Translations under genes and position numbers: made by a program | Assembly: GCA_964016885.1 (NCBI GenBank) | Contig: OZ024741.1 | Coordinates: 93,682,001 to 93,746,000, forward strand | Source of the DNA: Eledone cirrhosa | Taxonomy: Eukaryota | Reading direction: 5' to 3' | DNA length: 64,000 bases | The notes under the pieces: generated by a model | Databases searched by the model: none | What the model was told of the DNA's origin: nothing | Seen by the model: the letters and a program-made list of their open reading frames with translations, nothing else | Shown here: positions 1-14,727 of the stretch, in pieces | Layout: every line of letters starts with the position of its first letter | How positions within the stretch are numbered: position 1 is the stretch's first letter

Positions 1-300
1 ATATATATATATATATACACACACACTCACATATACATGCGCACATACGTACATATATACACATACACACATATACACATAGACGTATACATGTGCATAC
101 ATATACATACACACATATACCCACATAAATACATAGATACATATATATATACATATATATATATATATACACACAATCATACACCCTTATTTACATGCGC
201 ACATATGTATTTTTATACTCACATACAAACACCCAAACATACATACCTACCTACATATACATACATACATCCACGCTTACAAATACAAATAATAATAGGG
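1..300. repeat. (AT)n/(AC)n compound microsatellite
   Basis: Direct inspection; the ORF here is a low-complexity Y/I/H/T string. Confidence 0.95.
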
Positions 301-439
301 GGGGGGGGATTATAGTAAATATATGTTTCAAGAAACATAGAATATTAATCTGCATTTAGATCATAATATGTGTTTACATAGTAGTTTCAGTATTAGGAAA
401 TGTAAGAAAGAAGGCAAAATTATGCATTTTAATATAAGT

Positions 440-824
440 AGACTATTAATTATAGGTTAACTAAATTAAAGATAGTTAATATATTGATTTCTAAGGTGTA
501 TACTACTTAGGTTTATAATATTTGAAGCGGAATTTTGAAGTTAAATAGTAGTAGAGTATTAATTATAGTATAACTAAATTAAAATTATTAACGTTATGGT
601 ATCAATATTAGGAAATGAATTTAGTAATAGGGAAAAAAACAAATAAAGTATTACATCGGTAGTAGAATATAAATTATAGGTTAACTAAATTAAAAATTAT
701 ATATTAATTTCTATAGTATATGTTAATTAGCTTTATAATAATTAAAACAGATATTGTATTTTATCTATAGTAGAATATAATTATAGGTAAACAGAAATTA
801 AAATTAATACATACACATATATAT

Positions 825-903
<79 letters not shown>

Positions 904-1440
904 TATACATACATATACATATTTTTTCAAAAATTGCAAAGAATATATTAACTAGGTATACATCCAAAACCTATCTCAGTCTATGATTACATGACACTCT
1001 GCAATCCATCTGTATTAGGATATTAATTTTAAGCCAATTAAATTAAATTTTTAGGTTAACCAAATTTAAAACCAAATTATAAATATATTTCTAAAATGTA
1101 CATTAATTAGGTCTATAATATTAAAAATTATTTCTCTGTCATTGAATACACGATATTTTGTTATATTTTATCTGTAAAGGAATTTTAATAAAAGGTTAAA
1201 TAAATTAAAATTAATCTATAAATTAATTTACGAAGTATATATTAGTAATATTCAAAAGTTTTTCACAATTTATGATTACACAATATTTTATAATCTCATC
1301 TGTAGTAGAATTTTAATTAAATTAAATTTATAGGTTAACTAACATTTAAATTAAATTATATATTAATTTCTAAAATAATGTTATTAATTAGGTTTATAAT
1401 ATTTAAATGTTTTTCTTAGTTTATGATTACACGATATAAT
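440..1440. repeat. Degenerate AT-rich tandem repeat (about 110-140 bp unit)
   Basis: Recurrent TATAGGTTAACTAAATTAAA...TTAATTAGGTTTATAATA blocks near 451, 675, 781, 1051, 1191 and 1329. Confidence 0.7.
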
Positions 1441-1914
1441 TAATTCCTGTCGTTTATTTAATAGGATATCCTTAGATTTCATTATTTCAAATAGTTCTTG
1501 GGAACATAATCTACATTCATTTCTATTATTTTGATAAGGGGTGGCTCTTTTGAGCACACTCCAGGTCATATCATATTCTATATTCTTATTTTTATAACTA
1601 TTGATTTTTTCTGCTAGAGATGTTGTATTAGCCAGTGCGGCATTTTTAAAACTATGTTTGTGGGTATTAAACCTTACCTTCAAATTGTTAGAAGTAGCTC
1701 CTATATATGAGCAAATAGAATCTTTAGTTTTAACATTACATTTATAAACTATGTTGTTAACAAGACAATTTCCTTTTAATGGGCAGTTTGCTTTGTTTCT
1801 ACAGTTACAACCTTTCGTTAATTCTGTATTTGAGGAGATATTATGGTTAGTTTGATGTATTGGTGGTATTTGTGCATATTTGTCTGACTGTGCATATTTG
1901 TCTGATTTGTGCAT
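1384..1914 (-). pseudogene. C-terminal GIY-YIG endonuclease fragment of a Penelope-like element
   Basis: CNCRNKANCPLKGNCL..IVYKC..YIGATSNNLKVRFNTH..CRLC..E..LLNKRQE..CNH; no RT upstream; 5' end lost in repeats. Confidence 0.85.
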
Positions 1915-1956
1915 ATTTGTGCATATTTGTCTGATTTGTGCATATTTGTCTGACTG
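1870..1956. repeat. Short tandem repeat TGTGCATATTTGTCTGA(C/T)
   Basis: About 4-5 imperfect copies at the truncated 5' end of the GIY-YIG fragment. Confidence 0.85.
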
Positions 1957-2004
1957 TGTGTATTAATTTATTTATTTATTTATTTATTTTATTTCTTTAT
2001 TTTT

Positions 2005-2009
2005 TTATA

Positions 2010-2068
<59 letters not shown>

Positions 2069-2364
2069 ATATATATATGTATGTGTGTATGTATGTGTAT
2101 GTATGTGTGTGTGTGTATGTATGTGTGTGTGTGTGTACGTGTGTATATATTTATATGTGTATATGTATCTCTATTTTTATATATGTATATATGTGTATGT
2201 ATATCCCTTTATTTATGTATGTCTGAGTTGTGTGAGCGTGTGGTGGTGTTTGTATGTATATACGCATACATGGATGTGTATGTATGTGTATATATGCGTA
2301 CATGTATGTGTGTATGTATGTGTGTATATATGTATGTCTATGTATGTGTGTGTATGTATGTATA

Positions 2365-2405
<41 letters not shown>

Positions 2406-2463
2406 TATATGTGTGTGTGTATGTATATATATCTTTGTATATGTGTATATGTGTGTATGTATG

Positions 2464-2512
<49 letters not shown>

Positions 2513-2588
2513 ATATGTATATATATATATGTGTGGGTATGTATGTGTATGTGTGTATATACATGAGTGTGTTTATATATGTGTGTAG

Positions 2589-2632
<44 letters not shown>

Positions 2633-2901
2633 TGTGAATGTATATATATATATATGTATGTGTGTATGTTTATATATATATGTGTGTTGTGAATGTATAT
2701 ATATATATGTATGTGTGTATGTTTATATATATATGTGTGTATATGTGTATATGTCTATGTATTTATATGTGTATATGTATGTGTCTCTATATGTATGCGT
2801 GCGTGTATGTGTATGTGTATTTATATGGTGTGTGTATTTATATGGTGTGTGTATGTATATGTATGTGTATGTATGTGTTTATGTATATGTGTATGTATAT
2901 G

Positions 2902-2946
<45 letters not shown>

Positions 2947-2980
2947 GTGTGTATATCGATGTATATTTTATATTTTACTT

Positions 2981-3023
<43 letters not shown>

Positions 3024-3510
3024 CTTAATATATTTCTTTTTATTTCTAAATTTATAGATACATTTATAAATAGGCAGTTTGCTGACACCGCTAAATACTG
3101 ACCTCTTCTCCCCCCCCCCCCACCTACTTTCTGTATCTGGGTCTAAATATGTGTGGCAGTGTTTATGTGCGCGCATTAATGTCCATATGCTTATGATAAT
3201 AGTATATACACATATATGTGTGTGGGGGTGTGTGTGTGTATGTATGTTCGTGGTTGTGTGTATGTTTATGCGTATACGCGCGTGTGTGTGTGAATGTACG
3301 TATATGTGTGAGTATATGAATGTGTGTATATATTTATTTTTATATTTATATGTTTATATGCGTATACGTATTTTATCTGTAGATTATAAACATACAGAGA
3401 CATTAGCCTTGAATTTTTGTATTTACATACATCTTTTCGGCATGCGTATGCATGTGAACATATATTTTTATGCATATCTGTGAACGAAGTTACTTACATA
3501 TATACACACA
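2005..3510. repeat. (TA)n/(TG)n compound microsatellite
   Basis: Direct inspection. Confidence 0.95.
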
Positions 3511-3609
3511 CCTAACTGTATAAACTTTTTGTGTTTTCATTGGTCAATTTGAACTCTGTTCCCAAACAGACCTGTAATTTTGAATTGTTGTTATTATCAA
3601 TAAATATAT

Positions 3610-3763
3610 TTCATTATTTCTGAAGACGGCATATATATGTGTTGGTATGAATATTTAATTTTGATAGTTTGTATAATTTTGTATAATTTTGTACATAGAT
3701 CTGTTGAATATGCATGCCAATTCTAACACATATATATCCTAGAAACGATCGTTAAATAATGAA
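3610..3763 (+). ncRNA. Type I hammerhead ribozyme (long stem II)
   Basis: TTCATTATTT-CTGAAGA-(stem II ATATATATGTGTTGG/CTAACACATATATAT)-GAAA-CGATCG-TT-AAATAATGAA; stem I is a perfect 10-bp complement. Confidence 0.8.
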
Positions 3764-3960
3764 CTTTTTTTGTTTAATATAAGGAACTGTTTCATTGTTT
3801 TATTCATTATTTTTTTAATATTTTATCTTGACTCTGTATTCCGTTTATCTTTCACCGAAAGTGATTTTTCATTGCATCTCTTCTTTCCATGATATCCGGA
3901 TTACATTGAGTTCTTCATACGGATTGGACACTACCGTAAACTCTTGGTAGATTTATCTAC

Positions 3961-4860
<900 letters not shown>

Positions 4861-4996
4861 GGCTATATATACATATATGGCTATAAAATTAAGGCTTGTC
4901 TGCATAATTGCAAACGAATCGAATGTTATTATTAATATTTGAAAAACTCAGATTACATTTATTGTATTCAGCCATGTAGAGCAAAATTTTCTTTTC

Positions 4997-5035
<39 letters not shown>

Positions 5036-6297
5036 AGGGGTTCTGAGATTAATAGAATATTTCCCATAGGAAAAGTTGATAGAACAAAACTAGTTTTCAC
5101 TTCAACATTTTAACCAATCTATAAGAGAATTACAGGAAATTCAGATTTCCCACTCATTGTGTACAGATATTTCTTGTTGCAACTACTGAAGATATTTCTA
5201 TAGGCGTTATCAACACACTTTATACAAGACAGAAATATCAAACCATAACTGTGAAAGAGAAAAATCACTATGCATTTTAAGAACAAGAGAAATCATTATC
5301 GAAATGAATTCTGTCGAACACACCTAGACGTAACAAGTACGAACATATCGTGATTTCTAAACGGGTTTTTGTTGTCATTGATAGTGGTATTCTTCAAATA
5401 AGTATTTTCTCCTCATATATTTTTTAAACCCCATTTTTTTTATTAAAATATATAAATAAAATACATAAACAAATCGATTTATTTAATTAGTTAAGAAGGA
5501 TTTGTAAGGAGAGAGACGGTTAAAAATCCTCTTTTCCTTATGAGATAGTTTTCATTGAAAGTATTTCCGTAAGGGATAGATTAGTAACTGTCATGTCTGT
5601 GCGTTTTATGTGCATGAGAACAGGTAGCCATTAAGGAGATCACAGAACGGTCTAAAAATATATATAGTTAAATAACAATGAAGAGTAAACATGAAAGAAC
5701 AGCTGAACTCCCACTCTCATCGCCTCCATCTCTCTCGCCCTCCCCTTGTATAGTAAGCAAATGGGGTCCCACGTGCTAGCCTCTCCACAGCCCCGGTGGA
5801 CAGAATGTATATATATGTGTGTGCGTGTGTATGTATATATTGTGTATATTATATATATATATATTTATTATCTATATATTAATTTCAACAATGTCAGTAT
5901 TCCGTGTGTCATAATTCTCGATTATCATTGGTTCATAGGTTTCAAACGACTCTGCCCACCTCAATGATGCCAAATTTAAATTAATATGCATAATGTCAAT
6001 GAGGGAGTGAGAGGGGAGAGTAAGAAACAGAGAGGCAAAGTGTTGGATACACTATGTATATGTGTCAGTGTAGAGACGTGTGTGTGTGTGTGATGTGTGT
6101 GGAAATAAGAAGGGAAGGAAAGCAATAACTATTAACGTGTGCGTGTATGTGCGTGCAGCGTTCCACAGAAAGTAAAAACTATCAACACGTGTGAGTGTGT
6201 GTATGTGTGTAAGTGCACGGGTGCATGTGTAAGTTTGCGTGCGTCGCTTCTGATTGCGGTGGTAATAAAACCTCATCATATGCTGAACAAATTATAC

Positions 6298-8643
6298 AAT
6301 AAAAAAACAAATTATATGACAAAAATTTATTCAGTAATTTCCAGGCTCTTAGCCACTGAGTAATAGACAGTCAATGTTGCCCAGAGTTCAACTCCTATGG
6401 CCGGCCAGGGCTAGAGTAATATTGAAAAACGATTCTATTTTCAAAGTAGAAGACGATTTAGAGACGTATGACATAGATAATAACTGGAAGTTCTTACGTG
6501 ACAACTTGCTGCAGGCTACTGATGAAACCTGTGGCTGGAGCAGAGCTCCAACCAGACAGAAAGTGACCTGGTGGGGGAACAGCACAGTAGATAAGGCTAT
6601 TAGAGACAAAAGACTAGCATGGAAGGCTTGGAAAAAGGGTGGGAGTAGGGAAGAATATACAGCCACTAAGAGAGAAGCTAGACGTCAGGTGTACTTAGTA
6701 CGCAGGGAGGCAGAGAGTAGGAGGTTTGCCAATGTTCTGCGACGGGAAGATCAGAGGCGTGCGGTGTTCCACATTGCAAGGCAGTGTGTCAATGCAAATC
6801 AGGATGTTGTTGGAGATAAATGTGTCCGGGATGATGCCGGTGTACTTAGTGTCACGAATGACCAGAAAAAAAAAAAAAAAGGAGGCCTGGAAATGTCATT
6901 ATGAGAGACTGATGAATGTGGAGAACGAATGGGAGAGAGAGAAATTACCCTTGGTAGATCCGACAGAGGGACCAGCTATTGAGATTGACGAATATAGGGT
7001 CCAAGAGGCGATTAGGGAAATGAAAAATGGTAAGGCGGCCGGACCATCGGGAATAGTTGCTGAGATGCTGAAGGCATCAGGGGACGTAGGCACTAAACTG
7101 GTTGCACGCATCATCAATCAGGCTATATATGGTGGTGTCATACCCAAAGACTGGTGCAGCAGTATTCTCATAAATTGCTACAAAGGTAAAGGGGATGCTT
7201 TGGAGAGGAGCAATTATAGGGGTATAAAACTGATAGATCAGGTTATGAAAGTGGCAGAAAGGATTTTAGCACAACTAATTAGAGAAAGGGTCAAACTAGA
7301 TGAGATGCAGTTTGGTTTTGTGCCTGGGAAGAGTACAACAGATGCCCTCTTCTTGGTGAGACAAATGCAAGAGAGGTTCTTAGAGAAGAATAAGCCACTA
7401 TACTTAGCCTTTGTTGACCTAGAGAAGGCCTTTGATAGGGTACCCCGATCTGTCATCTGGAAGCTAGGTGTTGAGGAATGGCTTGTGAGGACAGTGCAAA
7501 CTTTGTACAGAGGTACTCTCAGTAAAGTCAGGGTAGGAATGGAGTTTAGTGAGGAATTCCAGATACAAGTAGGAGTACATCAGGGTTCGTTCCTCACCCT
7601 GCTCTTGTTCATTATAGTCCTCCAAGCCATAACAGAGGAGTTTAAGACTGGCTGTCCATGGGAACTTCTCTATGCTGACGATCTGGCTCTTATAGCAGAA
7701 TCAGTAGAGGAGCTAGAGAATAAATTCCGGCTATGGAAACAGCAGTTGGAAGCAAGAGGACTGAGAGTAAATCTAGCTAAGACAAAAGTGTTGATGAGTA
7801 GAAAAGAGGACAAAACCCTGATTCCGTCAGGGAAATGGCCATGTTCGATATGCAGAAACGGAACTGGCATAAATTCTATAAAATGCACACAATGCAGGTC
7901 CTGGGTATACAAGAGATGTAGTGGGATAGCAGGCAAACTAACAGGTAGGGAGAAATATGTATGCAGTAGATGTACAGGGAAATTAGACAGTAGAAGTCGC
8001 ACTGATAGACACATTTTTCAAATGTGAGAGGGCGCTATAGAAGTGGTGGATAGCTTCCGGTACCTAGAAGATCAGATTAGCATGGGAGGAGGGTGTTCCG
8101 AGGCCATAGTATCTAGAATAAGGACGGGTTGGAAGAAGTTTAGGGAGCTGCTCCTCTGTTGACGAAGAAGGGTTTCTCCCTGCGTACGAAAGGCCGGTTG
8201 TATGATGCCTGTGTGAGGAGCGCGATGCTGCATGGTAGTGAGACATGGGCAGCAACCGCAGAGGATATGCGACGGCTGGAGAGAAATGAGGCAAGCATGC
8301 TCCGTTGGATGTGCAGTGTAAATGTGCGTGAACGACCCAGCATAAATGTGTTGAGAGAGAAACTGTGTCTGAGAGGGATAGAATGTAGTGTACGGGAGAG
8401 GAGACTGAGGTGGTATGGACATGTGATGAGCATGGAGGATGACAGATGGGTGAAGAAGTGCCAGGAAATGCCAGTTGAAGGAAGACGTGGTAGAGGTAGA
8501 CCACGAAAAACATGGGCGGAGGTGGTGAGAACAGACCTCAGATCATTGAAGCTCACGGTGGAGATGACGAGGGACCGTGACGAGTGGCGAGATGCTGAAT
8601 AAGACCCGTCCCACCCTTGCAAGCAGGGAAAAGCGGACGTAAA

Positions 8644-8675
<32 letters not shown>

Positions 8676-8815
8676 GGATCCGCCATTTGAAGTTCAAACC
8701 AGGCCACCTCCCTGAGTTGAACTCTGGGCAATATTGACTGTCTATTACTCAGTCGCTAAGAGCCTGGAAATTACTGAATAAATGTTTGTGTCATATAATT
8801 TGTTGTTTTATTATT
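6298..8815. repeat. About 100-bp inverted repeats (6298-6394 / 8713-8815) bracketing an RTE insertion
   Basis: TTCAGTAATTTCCAGGCTCTTAGCCACTGAGTAATAGACAGTCAAT is reverse-complemented at about 8733-8778. Confidence 0.8.
6437..8673 (+). mobile_element. 5'-truncated RTE-clade LINE (family A), frameshifted RT
   Basis: ORFs 6374-6904, 6726-8027 and 8159-8602: [42 protein letters not shown]; (ATG)n tail. Confidence 0.95.
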
Positions 8816-8935
8816 ATAGCTGACCACTTATAGATAAGCATGTTATCCATATCCATATTAATTTGGCATTTGTATAAACCATTTCAAGTAAATAGGGACC
8901 TTTTTTACATTGACGGACATCTTTTATATTAATTA

Positions 8936-9228
8936 TCTATATCTATATCTACATATAATATAAAAGATTGGAACTTCTATCATCCTTTTGAGAAACGTGG
9001 AACAACCACGTCTATGCAATGATACACGTTTTACAGTCAGGCAGAGGTCACTATTCTAGGTGGGAGCACCCAGAATTGTTCATATACTATGCACAAACGG
9101 TACAACGAAGATTTTTTTTACTGTTTTTTGTATCACACAGACACCACGGACTCGCCTCAGTCATTTTCTCTTTTACCTGTCTTCTCTTATCATCTATTTA
9201 CCCGGGCGAAGCTGGGTACGTCAGCTAG
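8936..9228 (+). mobile_element. Non-autonomous Helitron-like element
   Basis: 5' A|TCTAT..., subterminal hairpin ACCCGG-GCGAAG-CTGGGT and 3' CTAG|T. Confidence 0.6.
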
Positions 9229-9897
9229 TATATATAATTCATGTAAATATCAATTTATCCAGTGTATTTTTACTAAGATCTATCGTTATCGGCAGAAACA
9301 GCAACAAATGGCAATAAAAACAACAAAATTAATATGGGAACTCCGAACTAAATGTTAAAGAGTATTTAGTCTAGTTCATTACAGTTCTAAGTTTCAAGCC
9401 TCTACGTGATTGCTCTATCTGTTAGATATAGCAGTCAAATGTACCTAAATTCACACATAATTATCTTTAATAAAAAACTGTTGATCCAGCACATCACCTG
9501 AGGTAACGCTTCGGGTGTGCTGGCTTGCCTCAAAATTCATTAGAGAAGTTTCCCAGTACTCCTCGCGACGCTGCTGTCTTTTGTTCTGGTGGTGGCTCGG
9601 TTGTTCACCCCTTCTTTTATATTAAAGGAATATATCCTTCTGAAAGAATCGCAACCAATTTATAATGTTATTTAAGCATTTGTAGTGTTATTCATGGATA
9701 TATTTAAAACATATTTGTTATGTTATTCTACTGTAAATTTATTTATATGCTTTGTATATTAATTGTATTTATTTATATTTTTTTTCATTCTGTAAAGAAT
9801 TATAAACAATTTGTAATGTTATTTATACAACTGTGAATAAATATATTGCCTTCTCTCTCTATATATATATATACGCATATCAATATATATCTATATA

Positions 9898-10735
9898 TGA
9901 AGTGGATAAATGTATTCTTTTCAGGATGAATGATAAAAAGAATAATACCAGAATTGTGATGTGGATAATGTTTATTTTACAACAACAATATTCACTTGGT
10001 GGAACATCGAATAATAAAATTGTGACAGAAATTATCACTACATTAATTTGATGACTAGCTTCTTCGAGCTAGCATAAATGCATGTATCACAGAAAACGAT
10101 ATAGTAAAAGTTGTGTTGTATCTTACAGTAGTACAATATGACAGGGAGATGGAAGAATAGATAAAGCATAGAAGTAAACAAATGAAACTTACTGTGTGTG
10201 TGTGTGTGTGTGTGTGTCTATTCTTAGTATACGTTATTCCCGTAGTAGTGGTCAAATTGTCGGGCTGGTATGTGAGAGCATAGTAAACAGGCTGGTTTTC
10301 GTGAAGAGAAATTTCACAGTATTAGCAGAACTTTCTTCTCTTACCTGTGTTATCACTATGTCTGGTGGTGTAGTCTGTGGCCGAGAAGGTGAGAGCCAGT
10401 AAGACCAGGAGAAAGAAAGGGTAAAAGTGAATTGGCTACATCGTAATCTCTAACAGACTGCTGCTTTGTGTCTCTCTGGTGGATTCCCTAGGTACTTGTA
10501 TTTATAATAATCCTATAACTAGAAGGATGTGTATATGGGTTGATTTATGGGCAGCCATGTGTGTTTCATCTTTCAGGAACCTGGGGTCACAGGTCAAGTG
10601 GTATGTACGTTTATCATACTTGTCTCTTGACAGGACAATGGTGGGAAACTCCCCATAATGGGTGGTCTTAGAGGCGAGAAACCTCAGATTCGGTTTTGAA
10701 TCTTCACCAGGTAAAACCAAGGATAATTCCATTAT
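9898..10735 (+). repeat. Dispersed repeat (possible solo LTR); second copy inverted at 48982-49585
   Basis: Colinear reverse-complement similarity, e.g. CTGGGGTCACAGGTCAAGTGGTATGTACGTTTATCAT; both copies abut simple repeats. Confidence 0.7.
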
Positions 10736-10830
10736 CATCATCATCATCATTTTACGTCCGCTTTTCCCTGCTTGCAAGAGTATTATATATATATATATAT
10801 ACGCATATCAGTATCAATATATATATATAT

Positions 10831-11198
10831 ATCATCATTTTATGTCTGCTTTTCCCTGCTTGCAAGGGTGGGACGGGAACTGATTCTGCCTTGATTTCTA
10901 CAGCTGGATGCCCTTCCTAACACCAACCTCATTTACAGTGAGTGCCGGGTGCTTTTTTTCCGTGGCGCCTACACGTCCACTTTACAGTGAGTGCTGGGTG
11001 CTTTTTTGCTGTGGCACTTCCACGACCACTTTGCAGTGGAATGATAGGGACTCCAGTCCTATCATCTCATTTCTACAGCTGAGTAAACTGAAATAAAGTG
11101 TCTTGCTCAAGGAAACAACACATCACCCGGTCTGAGAATTGAACTCACAACCTTTTGATTGCAAGGCCAATGCTCTAACCACTAAGCCATGTGCCTCC
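10831..11198 (-). mobile_element. tRNA-derived SINE with RTE-A tail
   Basis: A box TGGCTTAGTGG, B box GTTCAATTC, central TTCCTTGAGCAAGACACT, tail CCCGTCCCACCCTTGCAAGCAGGG...(ATG)n. Confidence 0.9.
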
Positions 11199-11210
11199 AT
11201 ATATATATAT

Positions 11211-12822
11211 AACGAAAGAGGAACAGTGGATATGATCTTTTCTGCATGGCAGCTGCAAGAAAAGTGTAGCGAACAATGTATGGACCTTTACCAGGTTTTT
11301 GTTGACTTGACAAAGGCCTTTGACACCGTCAATCGAACTGCATTGTGGAAAATTTTGGAAAAGCTTGGATGCCCTTCAAAGTTTGTGAAGATTCAGCGTC
11401 TTTTTCATGATGACATGAAGACTTGGGTCAGTATTGGTGGTAGCATCTCTGAACCAATATCAGTTGAAAATGGAGTGAAGCAGGGGGACATTCCGGCTCT
11501 AACTCTGTTTTCCCTATATTTTACGATAGTGTTTCTCATGGCATTCAGGAAGAATTGTTCGCATAGGGTCTACATCAGGTATCGCACTTCAGGAAGGTTG
11601 TTCAACATCTAGCGCTTTGGTGCAAGCACAAAAGTATTAACACCTATACTCTGAGAGTTTTTGTATGCAAATGACTGCGATCTTTTTGCACACTCACAGA
11701 GTGACATGCAGCATATTATGAACATTTTTTCTGAAGCTTGCAGCACTTTGGGCCTCACAATAAGTTTGAAAAAGACTGTTGTGATGTATCAGCCAGCACC
11801 TGGAAAAGAGTACACTACACCAAGTGCGTATGTGTATGGAGAGAGGCTAAAAGTAGCTGACAAGTTTGTGTACCTTGGTAGTACGCTGAACAACTCATGC
11901 ACACTGGATGATGAAGTATCCTTAAGAATCAAGAAAGCCAGTGATGCTTTTGGACGGCTGCATGAACGTTTATGGTCCCGACGAGGTATCACTATCGAAA
12001 CCAAGGTGAAAGTGTATCTGACTTGTGTCATCACCTCTTTGCTTTATGCTTGTGAAACGTGGGTCACATACAGAAAGCACCTCAAGGAACTGGAGAGATT
12101 TCACCAACAATCTCTTTGTAAGTTACTTGGGGTGCGATGGAAAATGTTTATCAGTGATTTGGAAGTTCTCAAATGGAGCAGGTGCGTGACTATAGAGAGC
12201 ATAATCTTTTGGCACCGGTTGAGGTGGTGTGGACACATGGTCCGGATGTCTGATGATCGTATTCCAAAGAAACTTCTCTATGGAGAATTTTGTGAAGGAA
12301 GGCGACCACCACACAAACCAAAAATGCGATACCGGGACTGTGTCAGGGTCACCTTGGCTTGTGCTGGAATTTCATCTGCCGAATGGGAGAAAATGGCTGA
12401 GGAGCGTGTGAAGTGGAGACGTTTGATCAAGTCAGGTAGTGAACACTTTGTAACTCATCGGAGAGAACACCTTACCCTGAAAAGGAAGGTAAGGGAAGGA
12501 GACTGTTCTGAACTGCCTGCTGTTGAGCATCATCTGGTTTGCCAGCACTGTGGTTGAGCCTGCCTGAATAAAGCTGGTCTGATTAGACATGAACAAAGTC
12601 ATATCAGAAGACCTTATATAGATTATGATCTGAAAAGGTCTAAGGAATGTGGCAAGGAATGTGTTAGCATGGGAGGTATCAAAAGACACATGAGAACACA
12701 CAGCCAGAAAAAAGCAATGGAAAGTTCCATAGGAGCCTACAGTTGCCATGTGTGTGCCAGAGGGTGCAAGTCTTTGGCTGGTTTAAAGAGTCACATGCCA
12801 ATGCTCGAACACGAGTTTGCAG
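11211..12822 (+). mobile_element. 5'-truncated RTE-like LINE (family B) with C-terminal C2H2 zinc fingers
   Basis: FVDLTKAFDTV, GVKQG, YAND, FVYLGS, YACETW, LRWCGH, PKKLLYGE; stops and frameshifts. Confidence 0.9.
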
Positions 12823-13495
12823 CCATATATATATATATCAATATATATGCATATATATATATATATACAACTGTATATATATATATATATACAACTGTAT
12901 ATATATATATATGTATATATATATATGTATATATATATATATACAACTGTAGGCTCCTATGGAACTTTCCATTGCTTTTTTCTGGCTGTGTGTTCTCATG
13001 TATATACATATATATTAAAGAAATAGGATTTTGCTTTAAGCATAGCTTTATACAATATGTATAAATATTTTGTATCTCCAAAGAAATACGGCTTTAGGAA
13101 GCCGTAGCTATGCAAACACCGGGGGGGGGGGGGGAGCTAAAGCCCTCTGGTGATGTCCAGCAGAAGCAAGGGAGACAACCATCTATGCATTTCAGGCTTA
13201 ACTGGCCATCGTCAGGATGGTCCCTCCCACCACTTGCGACTGCTGGACTAAAAGACAGGCGAGAATATATAGTTTTCTCGTCTGTGTAAATAAGGTGATT
13301 AATCTCATTTGCATATTAAGCTGCATAAGTTGGGTCAACTTATAATAGAAAAGACTCCTGTCTATCCCATGCTAGGTTGGAAGATAGACGTTAAACGAAG
13401 ATGATGATGATGATACGCATATAAATCATTTTTTTTTTTACATCCGCTTTTTCCTGCTTGAAAGATATATATATATATATATATAAAAATATATA

Positions 13496-13591
<96 letters not shown>

Positions 13592-13707
13592 TATATATAT
13601 ATATATATATATACGCATATAAATATACTGACTTTAGGTTTCGCTTTATACATAGGCAAGGCGGGTTTTCTTTATTACTGCGTAGCGCCAAAGATCTCGG
13701 TCCAGTT

Positions 13708-14076
13708 ACATGGCTTAGTGGTTAGAGCATTGGCCTTGCAATTGAAAGGTTGTGAGTTCAATTCTCAGACCGGGTGATATGTTGTTTCCTTGAGCAAGAC
13801 ACTTTATTTCACATTGCTCCAGTTTACTCAGCTGTAGAAATGAGATGATAGGACTGGGGTCCCTATCAATGCACTGCAAAGTGGTCGTGGAGGTGCCATG
13901 GCAAAAAAGCACCCAGCCACACTGTTAAGTGGGCGTGTAGGCGCCACGGCAAAAAAGCACGCAGCACTCACTGTAAATGAGGTTGGTGCTAGGAAGGGCA
14001 TCCAGCTGTAGAAATCAAGCCAGAATCAGTTGCAAGCAGGGAAAAAGCGGACGTAAAATGAAATGATGATGATGAT
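13708..14076 (+). mobile_element. tRNA-derived SINE
   Basis: Same head and body as 10831-11198; (ATG)n tail. Confidence 0.9.
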
Positions 14077-14470
14077 ATCATCATCATCATCACCATTTTA
14101 CATCCGTTCCTCCAAGCTAGCATAGGTTAGACGGGTTGTCCTGTTGTGGGCAGTGTCCAGTCGGCTGACCTTGTCTTGCTCATACGGGAACTGATTCTGG
14201 CTTGATTTCTACAGCTGGATGCCTTTCCTAACACCAACCTCATTTACAGTGTGGGCTGAGTGCTTTTTTTTTGCCATGGCACCTCCACGACCACTTTGCA
14301 TTGGAATGATAGGGACCCCAGTCCCATCATCTCATTTCTACAGCTGAGTAAACTGGAGCAATGTGAAAGAAAGTGTTTTACTCAAGGAAACAACACATCA
14401 CCCAGTCCGAGAATTGAACTCACGTTTTGATTGCAAGCCCAATGCTCTAACCACTAAGCCATGCGCCTTC
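14077..14470 (-). mobile_element. tRNA-derived SINE with long RTE-C-type tail
   Basis: Same head; 3' part matches 18557-18822; tail-to-tail with the previous SINE. Confidence 0.9.
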
Positions 14471-14727
14471 AGTATATATATATATCAGAAGATCCCGTTA
14501 AGGGTGAAAGCAGCAATTCTTTGCTTAAACTTTAATCGGTTATTTTAATAAATATATATTGATATTTTTTCTTCGTTAGTTACACACTCAAGGACAATGA
14601 CACATGACCGTGACCTCTGGCGTCACACAGTAATACAGAAGACCCGACTTCCCACAGAAACAAGCCGAAGCTGAAGCATATAGACAATATATATATATAT
14701 ATGTATATATATAGATAGATAGATATA

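Noticed and set aside
5183-5240. CTGAAGA...GAAA
   Set aside because: No compatible stems I and III
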